A stretch of 64,000 bases of DNA from an uncultured delta proteobacterium (lineage in GTDB: Bacteria; Desulfobacterota; RBG-13-43-22): NCBI GenBank assembly GCA_963843145.1, contig CAWJJC010000027.1:1-64000 (forward strand), in the 5' to 3' direction. Positions 49,638 to 59,772 of the stretch are shown here, one piece after another; the first letter of the stretch is position 1; every line of letters starts with the position of its first letter. A program made the position numbers and the translations under genes. The notes beneath the pieces were generated by a model that ran no database searches, was not told where the DNA came from, and worked only from the letters and a program-made list of their open reading frames with translations.

Positions 49638-50705
49638 TTAAGGGCTGATTCGCATGCCCCGCTGGAAAAGATGTACTCCGCTGGAGGAAAGCCTGAAAGC
49701 CGCCTCCTGTCCCGCACGGGAGGGAAACGCCGGATCCACCCGGGCCACCAGCCGGGTCTCCTGAAATTGCAGATAAAGAAAAGCTTCAGCCCCCAGGCGT
49801 TCAATTAACTCTATGGGACCCCTCAGGGGACCATCTCCGGGAATGAGAGCTTCCGGCCGGATTCCCAGGGAAACCGGCTGACCTGCACCCGGTTCCATCC
49901 CGGGGGGGAAAGGCACCTCGATCAAAATGGAATCCCGCCGGAAAAACAATTTTCCCTCTTTTTTCTCCAGGAAACCTTCCAGGATGTTCATTGTCGGGCT
50001 ACCGATAAAATTAGCCACAAAAAGGTTCTCGGGGGTTTGATAGACTTCTTCCGGCGTTCCAATTTGCTGGATTTTGCCCTGATTCAGGAGGATGATCTTC
50101 TGTCCCAGGGTCATGGCCTCCACCTGGTCGTGGGTGACGTAGAGAATGGTCGTTCCGAGTTTCCGGTGCAGCTTGGCCAGTTCGACCCGCATTCCGCTGC
50201 GAAGCTGGGCATCCAGATTGGAAAGAGGTTCGTCAAATAGAAATAAGGAAGGCTGACGGACAATGGCCCGACCGATGGCCACCCGTTGGCGCTGTCCTCC
50301 CGACAATTCCTTCGGCTTCCGGGCTAGGAGAGTGTCGATCCGGAGCAGGGCGGCAGTTGCTTCAACCCGGGCCCGGATCAGCGCTTTTGGAAGCTTCCGG
50401 ATTTTCAAAGGAAAGGCCAGGTTGTCAAAGACGGAGAGGTGGGGGTAGAGGGCATAGCTCTGGAAGACCATGGCCATGTCCCGCTCATTGGGGTTGAGGT
50501 GGTCTACCGGGTTCCCGCCGAGGAGGATTCGGCCCCGGTCAGGTTCCTCCAATCCGGCGATTAGCCGGAGCAGGGTGCTTTTCCCGCACCCCGATGGACC
50601 CAGGAGGATGGCCAATTCGCCGTCCGCCGCTTCAAAGGAAATGTCCTGAAGAACGGTTTGTTTGCCGAAAGATTTGTTCAGGTGTTCCACGCGCAGTCCG
50701 GCCAT
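49638..50705 (-). CDS. Sugar ABC transporter ATPase (MalK/UgpC family)
   Basis: GPSGCGKS, VFQSYALYPH, LSGGQRQR; start MAGLRVE after GGAGA. Confidence 0.92.
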   Translation of the reverse strand: MAGLRVEHLNKSFGKQTVLQDISFEAADGELAILLGPSGCGKSTLLRLIAGLEEPDRGRILLGGNPVDHLNPNERDMAMVFQSYALYPHLSVFDNLAFPLKIRKLPKALIRARVEATAALLRIDTLLARKPKELSGGQRQRVAIGRAIVRQPSLFLFDEPLSNLDAQLRSGMRVELAKLHRKLGTTILYVTHDQVEAMTLGQKIILLNQGKIQQIGTPEEVYQTPENLFVANFIGSPTMNILEGFLEKKEGKLFFRRDSILIEVPFPPGMEPGAGQPVSLGIRPEALIPGDGPLRGPIELIERLGAEAFLYLQFQETRLVARVDPAFPSRAGQEAAFRLSSSGVHLFQRGMRISP

Positions 50706-50713
50706 GGCTTCTC

Positions 50714-51538
50714 CTATTTTACCGCCCCGGCCGAAAGACCGCTGACGATTTTTCTTTGAAACAAGAGGACCATGAGGACCAGGGGAACCGAGGCGACCAC
50801 CGAGGCGGCGGCGATCTCCCCCCAGGGAACGGTATATTGGCCCTGGAAAAGAGCGATTCCGACCGGGAGGGTCTGGTAGGCCCGCTCGGTCATGACCAGG
50901 AGGGCGAAGAAAAACTCGTTCCAGGCGTAGATGAAAACCAGAATGGCCGCCGTGGAGACTCCGGGGAGACACAGAGGGACCATGATCCGAAAAAGGGTCT
51001 GGAGTCGGGTACACCCATCCACCCGGGCCGCATCCTCCAAGTCCGTGGGCAGTTCTTTGAAAAAGCCGGCCAGGATCCAGACGGCCAGGGGGAGGGTCAA
51101 GGTGACATAGGGGATGATCAACCCCTGGTAGGTGTTCAGCCAGTTCAGACGCCGCAGGATCGACCAGACCGGCCCGGCGATCGATATCTGAGGAAACATG
51201 GACACCAACAAGAGGCCCCCCATGATCCACCCGCGGTGGGGGAGGCGGAGACGGGCCAGGGCATATCCGGCCAGAGTGGCCAGAGAGATGGTAATCGGGG
51301 TAACCAGACCGGCCACAATCAGGCTGTTCTTGATAAAGTGAAAGAGACCGTAGGTCCAGATGGCCGATCGATAGAGGTCCAGGTTGAAGGCGGCGGGCCA
51401 CCAGGTGGGGGGGCTGGCCGTCACCTCCAAAGGGGATTTCAGGGAAGTGATGAGAAACCAGAAAAACGGGAAAAGACTGAACAGGACCACCAGGACCAAG
51501 GAGGTCCCGAAAAGGAATTTCCCCCTTTTCCGCTTCAC
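50714..51538 (-). CDS. Sugar ABC permease (MalG type)
   Basis: LEDAARVDGC, WNEFFFAL. Confidence 0.92.
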   Translation of the reverse strand: MKRKRGKFLFGTSLVLVVLFSLFPFFWFLITSLKSPLEVTASPPTWWPAAFNLDLYRSAIWTYGLFHFIKNSLIVAGLVTPITISLATLAGYALARLRLPHRGWIMGGLLLVSMFPQISIAGPVWSILRRLNWLNTYQGLIIPYVTLTLPLAVWILAGFFKELPTDLEDAARVDGCTRLQTLFRIMVPLCLPGVSTAAILVFIYAWNEFFFALLVMTERAYQTLPVGIALFQGQYTVPWGEIAAASVVASVPLVLMVLLFQRKIVSGLSAGAVK

Positions 51539-52452
51539 CGGTCCTCCTGGAAAAGCCTGGTTCCGATGATCCGCAGATAGACCAGGGAGATCAAAAAGAC
51601 GGTCAGAAAAACCAGGACCGAAATGGTGGACCCGTACCCGATAAATCCTTCTCCGAAGATTTTCTTATAGCCGTAAAACTGCAGCACGTTGGTGGCGTCC
51701 GCCGGTCCGCCTTGGGTCATGACAAAGACCAAGTCGAAGACGCGAAAGGCGTCCATGGTCCGAAAGAGAAGGGCTACCAGGATGGCGGGTTTCAACAGGG
51801 GAAGGGTGATTTTCCAGAACTGCTGCCAAGCGGTGGCTCCGTCCATCCGGGACGACTCATAGAGGTCCTCCGGAATGGTCTGGAGACCGGCCAGGATCAG
51901 CAGTGCGGCGAAGGAGGACGTTTTCCAGACATCCGCAACGATAATAGTCAATAGGGCGGTCAGCGGGTCAGCCAACCAGGCCTGATAGCTGCCGACCTGC
52001 TTTCCGTAGAGCAGCAGGTTCAATAATCCGTATTGATCGTTCATGATAAACCGCCACATCTGGGAAGCCACCACGGTGGGAATGGCCCAGGGAATTAAAA
52101 CCGCCGCCCGGCTCCAACCCCGCCCGCGAAAACGTTGGTGGATAAGCAGGGCGATTCCCAAACCCGTCAGCAGTTCCAGAAAGGTGGAACTGAAGACAAA
52201 ACCGAAGGTATTGATCAGTGCCCGAAGGGCCACCGGGTCCTGGAGGAGTTTGCGGTAATTTTGCAGACCCACGAAGGGCGTTCCGAGATGGACGAGGCTC
52301 AGGATCTGGTTGTGCAGGCTCAGATAAAAGGAATAGAAGATAGGATAGAAGGCAAATAGACCCACGAAGATAAAAGTCGGCAGCAACAGAAACCAGCCGA
52401 AAACTTGTTCCCTGATCCTGGGAGTAAGGGGGCGGACGGGCAACGTATTCAC
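51535..52452 (-). CDS. Sugar ABC permease (MalF type)
   Basis: LAGLQTIPEDLYESSRMDGA, FRVFDLV. Confidence 0.92.
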   Translation of the reverse strand: MNTLPVRPLTPRIREQVFGWFLLLPTFIFVGLFAFYPIFYSFYLSLHNQILSLVHLGTPFVGLQNYRKLLQDPVALRALINTFGFVFSSTFLELLTGLGIALLIHQRFRGRGWSRAAVLIPWAIPTVVASQMWRFIMNDQYGLLNLLLYGKQVGSYQAWLADPLTALLTIIVADVWKTSSFAALLILAGLQTIPEDLYESSRMDGATAWQQFWKITLPLLKPAILVALLFRTMDAFRVFDLVFVMTQGGPADATNVLQFYGYKKIFGEGFIGYGSTISVLVFLTVFLISLVYLRIIGTRLFQEDR

Positions 52453-52461
52453 CTGGGTTGG

Positions 52462-53778
52462 TCAGTCTCTTCCCGGCTTAGGGGTCAAGGCCAGCAGATC
52501 GTTGATCTCCCGGCTGGCTGTTTTCATGAGCCCGGGAATATCGGATGAAGGATTGGAAATGGCCTGACTGAAGGTCCGCTGGAGAACATTCGATACCGCC
52601 GGGTAAAGAGGCGTTCGGGGACGCGGAGTAGCGGTCCAGAAAACCTCTTTCATCTCGGCAAATTGCGGGTTGGCCGCCAATATTTGTTCATCCTGATAAA
52701 GGTCCTGCCGGGAGGGGGCTAACCCGGCCTCCACGGCCAGGAGCTTCTGTATCCGCGGGCTGGTTACAAAACGAACGAAGGTCCAGGCCTTTTCCCGGTG
52801 GCGGGAATAACGACTGATTCCGAGTTGCCAGCCACCCAGGGCGGCCACGCTTTTCCCCCCGGGGAAATGGGGCAGCCGGGTAATCCCGACCTGGCCCGCC
52901 ACCCGGGATTTTTGGGGATCGGCGGCGATGCTCCAGGCATAGGGCCAGCTCCTCAAAAAAACCGCCTTCCCTTGAACAAAGGGGGCCAGCGACTCAGGCT
53001 CCTCGTAGGTGAGCACCCCTCGTGAGGCCGCCTGCCCTATCATGCGGTCCCTGACGAAACGGACGGCCTCCAGGGCCGCCTCCCGTTCGAGCAAGCTCCG
53101 GCTACCCGAGGAATCCAGAATCGTTCCCCGGTTACTCTCTATATACTCCAGCAGGTTACAGACCAGTCCCTCGTATTGTTTAAACTGTCCCGAGAAGCCG
53201 GATAGGTCCTGTCCGCGGGCCTTTTCTCCGACTACGATAGCCCGGGCCTGTTCCGCCAACTTATCCCAGGTCTGAGGAGGGCGAAAACCGTATTGCGCCA
53301 ACAGGTCTTTCCGATAGTAGAGGAGCCCGCTGTCGATAAACACCGGCACTCCGTAGCATTTCCCCTCGAAGGTATTGGCCAGGATGGTAGCGGGAATGAA
53401 TTGCTTTTGCTCTTCCGGAGGAAAAAGGGAATCCAAGGGCTCGGCCCAGCCGGCCGAGGCGAATTCAGGAGGCCAGATTACATCCATAAAAAAAACGTCC
53501 AGCCCGGGGTCGCGATTTTTTAGTTTCTGGGTGAGCAGGTCATGGTAGGCACTTGTGGAATGAGGCCCTGTTTCCCGGTCCACTTTCAACCCGGGATGCT
53601 CGTGCTCAAATAATCCGATAATCTTGTCCCAAACTTCGGGGTTGTTGGGCTTCCAGGTTACGAAACGGATATTATTTCCCTCTGGGCCGGTCTCCCGGCC
53701 GCAGTCCGCCGTCATTAAAAGTCCCAGGACGATAATGAGGAATGGGATTGCCCGCCAAGGACCGAGTTTTAGAAACAT
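52462..53778 (-). CDS. Sugar ABC substrate-binding protein (trehalose/maltose-like)
   Basis: MDVIWPPEFA, LYYRKDLL, QYEGLVC, LGGWQL, PRPRTP. Confidence 0.88.
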   Translation of the reverse strand: MFLKLGPWRAIPFLIIVLGLLMTADCGRETGPEGNNIRFVTWKPNNPEVWDKIIGLFEHEHPGLKVDRETGPHSTSAYHDLLTQKLKNRDPGLDVFFMDVIWPPEFASAGWAEPLDSLFPPEEQKQFIPATILANTFEGKCYGVPVFIDSGLLYYRKDLLAQYGFRPPQTWDKLAEQARAIVVGEKARGQDLSGFSGQFKQYEGLVCNLLEYIESNRGTILDSSGSRSLLEREAALEAVRFVRDRMIGQAASRGVLTYEEPESLAPFVQGKAVFLRSWPYAWSIAADPQKSRVAGQVGITRLPHFPGGKSVAALGGWQLGISRYSRHREKAWTFVRFVTSPRIQKLLAVEAGLAPSRQDLYQDEQILAANPQFAEMKEVFWTATPRPRTPLYPAVSNVLQRTFSQAISNPSSDIPGLMKTASREINDLLALTPKPGRD

Positions 53779-54158
53779 TGCCCCTCCTGCTATTACCCTG
53801 CCTGGAAATTTGACCTCCGGCAGCGACCCCCATTTTGGAATCGAATGTTTTCCCGCCCTGAGGGACGGGTCATCGCCAGGGATTGAGGGATTCTGATGAA
53901 AAGAATGAATAAAGGCCTGGAACTCAACATATCAAAATTCGTTCAGGAATTCAAGGTCCCCCGGGTTTATAAGCCAAATCGAGAGACCCTTAATAGCTTT
54001 TCTCTTTCCCCTGGAAGCTAAAAGTTTGATAAAAGATGTTGACATTTGGAAGCAGACTGCGGTACAAAAGAACTCACCTGAAGTGGTTCGGTTATACCCC
54101 TTAGTTCCATCCGGGACTTGTTCCCGAAAAAAATAAAACAACCCAAAATAGATGCGCC

Positions 54159-54473
54159 ATGACCGATATAGGGGATGTCATCCTGGTCTATATCGAGGAC
54201 AAACCGGCTTTTTTCGGCCGGGTTGAGGACGTGATTCCGGATATTAAACCGGGATGGCTGCGTTTAAAATTTCTGATTCTCCAGGTCCCTCCAACTTTGG
54301 GGGAATGGATTTTAAGATCGGAATATGTCCAGGGAAATGAATTTTCCATGGGCGGACGGACGATTAGAATCGAGAAGGTCGTTGCTCCGGTCGAGATTCA
54401 GGAACCGGAACCCGAACCGGAATCGACCGGATCAAAAAAAATAATTCCACTTCGGAAAAGACGAAAACTTTGA
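54159..54473 (+). CDS. Hypothetical protein
   Basis: 104-aa ORF with plausible composition. Confidence 0.7.
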   Translation: MTDIGDVILVYIEDKPAFFGRVEDVIPDIKPGWLRLKFLILQVPPTLGEWILRSEYVQGNEFSMGGRTIRIEKVVAPVEIQEPEPEPESTGSKKIIPLRKRRKL

Positions 54474-54491
54474 AGGACTTTTGATAATTTC

Positions 54492-55244
54492 ATGAAAGAC
54501 TTAATCGAACAGGCCAAAATTTTTCGCCAGACCCTGGGAATTAAATCCGGCCCGGTGGCTATCCGGATTATCACCAACTTGGAAGAAACGCCCGTGGTCT
54601 TTAAAAAGCCGGAGAAACCGCTGCCCAGCATCTGTTTCGCGGTTATGGAAGCCTTTAAAGGGAAGGGCTTATTAGTCGGCAAGGGCGATATCGGTTGCAC
54701 CATGGGGCTGACGGCCTTGGGATTCAAAAAGGAATCGAAAAAAGTGGCCCGTAAACAAACCGTTCAAATGGGGGTTTTTGGGAACCAGGAGGCCGCGCAG
54801 AAGTATTTTGCCGATGGAAACCAGGTTCCTCCCGGACGGACCCAAGCCCTGGTCTTAAGTCCTCTGGAAAAGGCCGTGTTGGGCGTAGATGTCTGTTTGT
54901 TCCGGATGACTTCCGACCAAGCCAAATGGTTGTTGATGGCCAACCAGTACCTGACCGGCGAACGTCATAATCTAAAGGTCGGTACCGGTTACCAGGGGGT
55001 CTGCGGAGATGTTATCGCCTATCCCTACCTGAAAAAAAGGATCAACCTCACCTTAAACGGAGTAGGGGACCGTATTCCTCAAGCCCTGGGGAAAAACGAG
55101 ATCTTTGTGGGTGTGCCCGGGGAGTTATTGGAAGCTATGGCCGTCAATTTGACTGAAATCTACAAGAAGCCGATTTTTAAACAACAGCGATCGGCGAAGA
55201 ATCCGCAGAGAATCGTTCCTTCGCGTACCGGGCCCCGCTCTTAA
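54492..55244 (+). CDS. DUF169-family protein
   Basis: PVAIRI, SICFAV..A..G, GCTMG..ALG, GVCGDV. Confidence 0.7.
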   Translation: MKDLIEQAKIFRQTLGIKSGPVAIRIITNLEETPVVFKKPEKPLPSICFAVMEAFKGKGLLVGKGDIGCTMGLTALGFKKESKKVARKQTVQMGVFGNQEAAQKYFADGNQVPPGRTQALVLSPLEKAVLGVDVCLFRMTSDQAKWLLMANQYLTGERHNLKVGTGYQGVCGDVIAYPYLKKRINLTLNGVGDRIPQALGKNEIFVGVPGELLEAMAVNLTEIYKKPIFKQQRSAKNPQRIVPSRTGPRS

Positions 55245-55746
55245 GCGCCCTAATATTTTTCTCCAAACCTTCCTCCTTAAAATAGTGGGCTAAGGCGGCG
55301 GCTAGTGATCGCAGGGATACCTGCCCGGTTAAAGCGGACAAGGCCCCCAAAGCCACCATATTGGCGGATTGCGGATGTCCGGTGCTCTCCGTGGACAGTC
55401 GGGCCAGGGGAAGGGCCACCTGGGGGACCGGGGGCACTTCCTTCACCAGTTCCGAGTCAACCAGGAGTAGTCCTTGCGGCTTGAGGGCCGGGAAATTTTC
55501 ATCCAAGGCCGCCTGATTCAGGGCCAGCAGGGTATCGAGGCGCAGGGCCTTGGGGTAATCGATTTCCTGGTCGCTGATGATGATATCGGAACGGCTGTTG
55601 GTGCCCCGAGCCTCCGGACCGTAATTCTGCGACTGGACCACCTGTTTCTTTTCCCCGAAGGCGATCGCCTCGGCCAGGATCATTCCGGCCAGGATTAAGC
55701 CCTGGCCGCCGGTACCGCTCAATCGAATTTCATATCGGGAGAACAT
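55177..55746 (-). CDS. korC: 2-oxoacid:ferredoxin oxidoreductase gamma subunit
   Basis: SGTGGQG, NYGPEARG, ANMVALGA. Confidence 0.9.
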   Translation of the reverse strand: MFSRYEIRLSGTGGQGLILAGMILAEAIAFGEKKQVVQSQNYGPEARGTNSRSDIIISDQEIDYPKALRLDTLLALNQAALDENFPALKPQGLLLVDSELVKEVPPVPQVALPLARLSTESTGHPQSANMVALGALSALTGQVSLRSLAAALAHYFKEEGLEKNIRALKSGARYAKERFSADSSPIAVV

Positions 55747-56569
55747 GGGTCTTGGCGTATTCCTTCACTTTTTCATACTCATCCAGAAAGTTCGGTAATT
55801 CCTTGTCCACCAGCACCCCGATGGTAAATTTATCGATCAGCTCTCCGGGTTTGAGTTCCCCGGCCTTCTCCACCGGAACCGCCTGGTCCCGCTGCCACTG
55901 CATCATCTCCACCGTGCTCCCCAGGCGGTTCTTCCGGCCGTAATAGGTCGGGCACTGGGTGATAATCTCCACCAGGGAAAATCCCTTTTTTCGCAGTCCT
56001 TTCTCCAGCAGTTGATGCAGCAGTTGGGCGTGATAAGCCGTTCCCCGGGCCACAAAAACCGCCCCGGCGGTCACGGCCAGTTCGGAAATATTGAAAGCCG
56101 GTTCAATATTGTGCCGGGTGGTAGTAGTGGCCCGCATCCCGTACGGTGTGGCCGGAGAATGCTGGCCCCCGGTCATGCCGAAGATGCTGTTGTTGATGAT
56201 CAGGGCGGTCAGATCGATGTTGCGGCGGGCGGCATGGATGAAATGATTTCCGCCGATAGCCAGGGCATCTCCATCGCCCATGATGACAATGACTTTCAGG
56301 GCGGGTTTGGCCAGCTTGATTCCGGTGGCAAAGGTCAGCGCCCGTCCGTGAGTGGTATGCAGGGTATTGAAATCGGCGTAGACGCTCATCCGTCCCGAGC
56401 AGCCGATCCCGGAGACCAGCACGATCTCATCCTTGGCGTATTTCAAATCGTCGATAGCCCGAATCAGCGCCCCCAGGACAATCCCGTTCCCGCAGCCCGG
56501 GCACCAGAGATGCGGAAATTTTTTGTCGTGACGCAGGTAGTGGTGAATGAGTTTGGTGATCTCCGCCAT
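55730..56569 (-). CDS. korB: 2-oxoacid:ferredoxin oxidoreductase beta subunit
   Basis: WCPGCG, SGIGCS, GDGD..AIGGNH, GMTGGQ. Confidence 0.93.
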   Translation of the reverse strand: MAEITKLIHHYLRHDKKFPHLWCPGCGNGIVLGALIRAIDDLKYAKDEIVLVSGIGCSGRMSVYADFNTLHTTHGRALTFATGIKLAKPALKVIVIMGDGDALAIGGNHFIHAARRNIDLTALIINNSIFGMTGGQHSPATPYGMRATTTTRHNIEPAFNISELAVTAGAVFVARGTAYHAQLLHQLLEKGLRKKGFSLVEIITQCPTYYGRKNRLGSTVEMMQWQRDQAVPVEKAGELKPGELIDKFTIGVLVDKELPNFLDEYEKVKEYAKTHVLPI

Positions 56570-56573
56570 GGTG

Positions 56574-57728
56574 CTATTCGCCGATCATTTTCTGCAGGAT
56601 TTCCCGGGGCTGGATCAGGGTCCCGTCATATTTATTCAGGGTCAACACCCGGCACCGGCCCCGGTTTACCCGTTTCACCTCCCGGGACATTTGACCCCAG
56701 TTCATCTCCGGAACAATCAATACCCGGGCAGTGCCGGTGATCCGCTCCACGGCCGCCCGAGGAAAAGGAAACAGGGTGATCAATTTCAGGAGCCCGGCTT
56801 TAATGCCCCGTTCGCGGGCCAGGCGGACGGCATGAAGGGCGGAGCGGGCCACCGATCCGTAGGCGATCACCACCTGCTCGGCATCCTCCACCCGGTAGTC
56901 TTCCACCCACAGGATGTCCAGCAGGTTTTCGCTGATTTTCTGTCGGAGCCGGTTTTGAAAGGCGGTCACCTCTTCGGGCCGGTTGGTGGGAAAGCCCCGG
57001 ACATCATGGATCAGCCCCGTCACGTGGTATCGGTAGCCTTCCCCGAAAGGGCTCATGGCCGGCACCAACCGTCCTTTGGTTTCGTAGGGAACGAACCATT
57101 CCGGAGGCACCGTGGGTTTCAGGCGATCGTAGACCGGCAAGTCCTCCGGGTGGGGAGTAGTGAAGGTTTCCCGGGTATGAGCCACCACCTCGTCGGAAAG
57201 AATAATGACCGGGGTGCGATATTTCTCCGATAGATTGAAGGCTTGATGGGTGACCCGGTAACAGTCCAGGGTGGTGGAGACCGAAAGGACAATAATCGGA
57301 TGATCGCCGTGAGTTCCCCAGCGGGCCTGAAGCACATCCCCCTGGGCCGGGCTGGTAGGAAGCCCGGTGCTGGGACCGCCACGCATGACATTGATGATCA
57401 CGCAGGGCACTTCGGCCACACAGGCGTAGCCCAAGTTTTCCTGGATCAGCGAAAAACCCGGCCCACTGGTGGCGGTCATGGCCTTGACTCCGGCCAGTGA
57501 AGCCCCAATCACCGCCCCCAATCCGGCAATTTCGTCCTCCATTTGGATGAATACCCCGTCCAGGGCCGGCATCCGTCGGGACATCCCTTCCAGGATTTCC
57601 GTGGCCGGACTGATCGGATACCCGGCGAAGAAACGGCAGCCTGCGGCCAAGGCTCCTTCGACCATGGCCTGGTTTCCCTGCCAGAATACTAACTTAGGGG
57701 GTTTGGGTTTCTTTGTCCGGGTTGGCAA
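56574..57728 (-). CDS. korA: 2-oxoacid:ferredoxin oxidoreductase alpha subunit
   Basis: AGYPISPATE, QMEDEI, TATSGPG, RGGPSTGLPT; TTG start inferred. Confidence 0.92.
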   Translation of the reverse strand: MPTRTKKPKPPKLVFWQGNQAMVEGALAAGCRFFAGYPISPATEILEGMSRRMPALDGVFIQMEDEIAGLGAVIGASLAGVKAMTATSGPGFSLIQENLGYACVAEVPCVIINVMRGGPSTGLPTSPAQGDVLQARWGTHGDHPIIVLSVSTTLDCYRVTHQAFNLSEKYRTPVIILSDEVVAHTRETFTTPHPEDLPVYDRLKPTVPPEWFVPYETKGRLVPAMSPFGEGYRYHVTGLIHDVRGFPTNRPEEVTAFQNRLRQKISENLLDILWVEDYRVEDAEQVVIAYGSVARSALHAVRLARERGIKAGLLKLITLFPFPRAAVERITGTARVLIVPEMNWGQMSREVKRVNRGRCRVLTLNKYDGTLIQPREILQKMIGE

Positions 57729-57945
57729 TGTCCTGGACCTCGATGGCAAAATCAGGGCAGCGAAGTTCACATAACCGGCAGCCGATACACAACGTCGGAT
57801 CAGCCACGTAGGGGAAACCCTCGGCATCCCGCTGGAGCGCACCTTTGGGGCAAAAAGCGGTACAGATCCCGCAATTCTTGCACCAGGATTTATAAATATT
57901 TACGCGGTGGGGCTTAGCCTTTTGTTTGGGTTCGATGGCAGTCAT
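57694..57945 (-). CDS. korD: 2x[4Fe-4S] ferredoxin, delta subunit
   Basis: CKNCGICTAFCP, CIGCRLCELRCPDFAI. Confidence 0.92.
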   Translation of the reverse strand: MTAIEPKQKAKPHRVNIYKSWCKNCGICTAFCPKGALQRDAEGFPYVADPTLCIGCRLCELRCPDFAIEVQDIANPDKETQTP

Positions 57946-58020
57946 GGGCGCCCTGAGTATTAAGTTTAAGGGGATTGGAGATGGAAGTCAATAGCCGCCC
58001 CTGGTAAACCGCGATTTCTG

Positions 58021-58135
58021 TGTCATCTTAGGGAACACTGTATCTTAAAAAGTCAGTCTCCTTTTTCCCCGCAGGACTCTCCGTACCTATAATATCAATA
58101 AGTTATCTAAATTATTTCCTGGCATCAAATTTGAT
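58021..58135 (+). promoter_or_regulatory. Probable sigma-54 promoter with IHF site and UAS
   Basis: TGT-N11-ACA (58021-58037), TATCAATAAGTTA (IHF), TGGCATCAAATTTGAT (non-canonical -12). Confidence 0.5.
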
Positions 58136-58261
58136 ATAGAACGCTTCAATAATCAAGCCGATTTAATCAACCGGCAAGGGGGTGATCAAAAAGGTGGCAG
58201 GGTAAATTTAAGTTAGCGCAAGAATAGAAAAGGTCCAGTTATTTATTTGAAAGGAGAAGAG

Positions 58262-59629
58262 ATGCAGTTAAGAAAATTTTTGATCGGGTGGGTTGGCGCC
58301 CTTTTTTTCTTAGGGCTGACGGCCGGCACTGATACCGGTTACGCCCAGTCCAACCAGGAAGTCATGGAGAAGATCGATAAACTGCAAAAGGTGATTGAGA
58401 ACCAGCAGATCGAAATCCAGAAACTCCAGCAACAATTAAACAACAAACTGGATAGCTCCAAGGCCGATTCCCTGAAAGAAGAACTTCAGGCCTCGGTGAA
58501 GAAAGAGGTGAAGGAAGAAACCGGCAAATTTCAGTTGCCGGAGTGGACCAAACGAATTACCTTCAGCGGGGATTTGCGGCTGCGCTGGGAAGACCGGCAG
58601 GAACTGAAGAGTTACACCCAGGATCCCAAAACCTCGAAATTTAGGGAAACTTCGACCTATAAACGCGACCAGTTCCGCTTCCGTCTACGCCTGGTCTTTG
58701 ACGCCAAGCTGTCGGATGAGTTCAACGCCGTGGCCTCCTTCGGTTCCAGTTCGCCGTTGTCCGGAACCACGGATAATAACACCACGGTTTCCAACGCCAC
58801 TTTCACCAATGAGTTTAACCAAAAGCCGAATTTTATCCTCCTGGCTTATGCCCGCTACCAGCCCAAGTGGTTGGAAGGCCTGCAGTTTTACGGTGGAAAG
58901 TTCAAACCCCCCTGGGTGCAAACGGATATGTTCTTTGATCCGGACACCGCCGTAGAAGGTTTTTATGAGGGCTATAAGTTCAGCAAGTTTAAACCCTTTC
59001 AACCCTTTGCCAACCTGGGCCAGTTTGTGGTCAACGAGGTATCCACCAGCGCGGATGCGATGATGTACCTCTATCAGCTCGGGTTCGAATCAGATTTCGA
59101 TGTGGCTAAAGTCACCCTGGCCGGATCGTATTACGACTGGCGGGATTTGGGCAGCTCGCGGATCGGGTCCACGGCCTTCGGCGGGGGCTTCGGAAACACC
59201 ATTAACAGCGCCGGCGTCCTGACCTTCGATTACAAGATCACGGACCTGATCGGGTTCTTCGATTTTAAAATTGGGAAATTTCCTGTGCGCCTATTTGGCG
59301 AGTATACCAAGAACAATGCCGATAAAGTCAAATACAACACCGCCTGGAATGCCGGATTCAGATTCGGCAAAACGCAAAAACCCGGGGACTGGGAGTTCTA
59401 CTACCAGCACGCCTATATCGAGAACGATGCGGTGGTGGGGGCCTTTTCCGACGGCGACTTTTACTTCGCCAACCGGGAAGGGGACAAGTTCATGTTTACC
59501 TACCGCCTGCTGAAGTTCCTGGACTTCCGGGCTACCTATTTCATCACCGACGTGGTCAACAAGACTTCGTCCAAACCCAATGGGGATCCGGACCAGCGGT
59601 TCCAGTCGGACTTCATCTGGCGCTGGTAG
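58262..59629 (+). CDS. Putative porin with N-terminal coiled coil
   Basis: Signal peptide, ITFSGDLRLRWE, RFRLRL, terminal Trp. Confidence 0.85.
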   Translation: MQLRKFLIGWVGALFFLGLTAGTDTGYAQSNQEVMEKIDKLQKVIENQQIEIQKLQQQLNNKLDSSKADSLKEELQASVKKEVKEETGKFQLPEWTKRITFSGDLRLRWEDRQELKSYTQDPKTSKFRETSTYKRDQFRFRLRLVFDAKLSDEFNAVASFGSSSPLSGTTDNNTTVSNATFTNEFNQKPNFILLAYARYQPKWLEGLQFYGGKFKPPWVQTDMFFDPDTAVEGFYEGYKFSKFKPFQPFANLGQFVVNEVSTSADAMMYLYQLGFESDFDVAKVTLAGSYYDWRDLGSSRIGSTAFGGGFGNTINSAGVLTFDYKITDLIGFFDFKIGKFPVRLFGEYTKNNADKVKYNTAWNAGFRFGKTQKPGDWEFYYQHAYIENDAVVGAFSDGDFYFANREGDKFMFTYRLLKFLDFRATYFITDVVNKTSSKPNGDPDQRFQSDFIWRW

Positions 59630-59680
59630 TTTAAGCCTGATTCAGGGTCTCGGGATGGTTATCCGAGGCCCGGCAAGCAG

Positions 59681-59706
59681 AACGGGGGGCCATTGGCCCC
59701 CCGTTC
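59681..59706. terminator. Hairpin between convergent genes
   Basis: GAACGGGGGGCC-ATT-GGCCCCCCGTTC. Confidence 0.65.
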
Positions 59707-59752
59707 CATTGATAATTGACCATTGATAATTGACCATTGATTATTGATTATT
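59706..59752. repeat. Heptamer tandem repeat
   Basis: ccattgataattgaccattgataattgaccattgattattgattatt. Confidence 0.7.
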
Positions 59753-59772
59753 AAATCTGCCAACAGGTGGGT

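Noticed and set aside
50706-51401. 587-aa extended ABC ATPase from the ORF track
   Set aside because: The extension overlaps the permease in another frame; the real start is 50705.
53810-53900. Riboswitch upstream of the sugar ABC operon
   Set aside because: Some pairing potential, but no recognisable aptamer core or expression platform.
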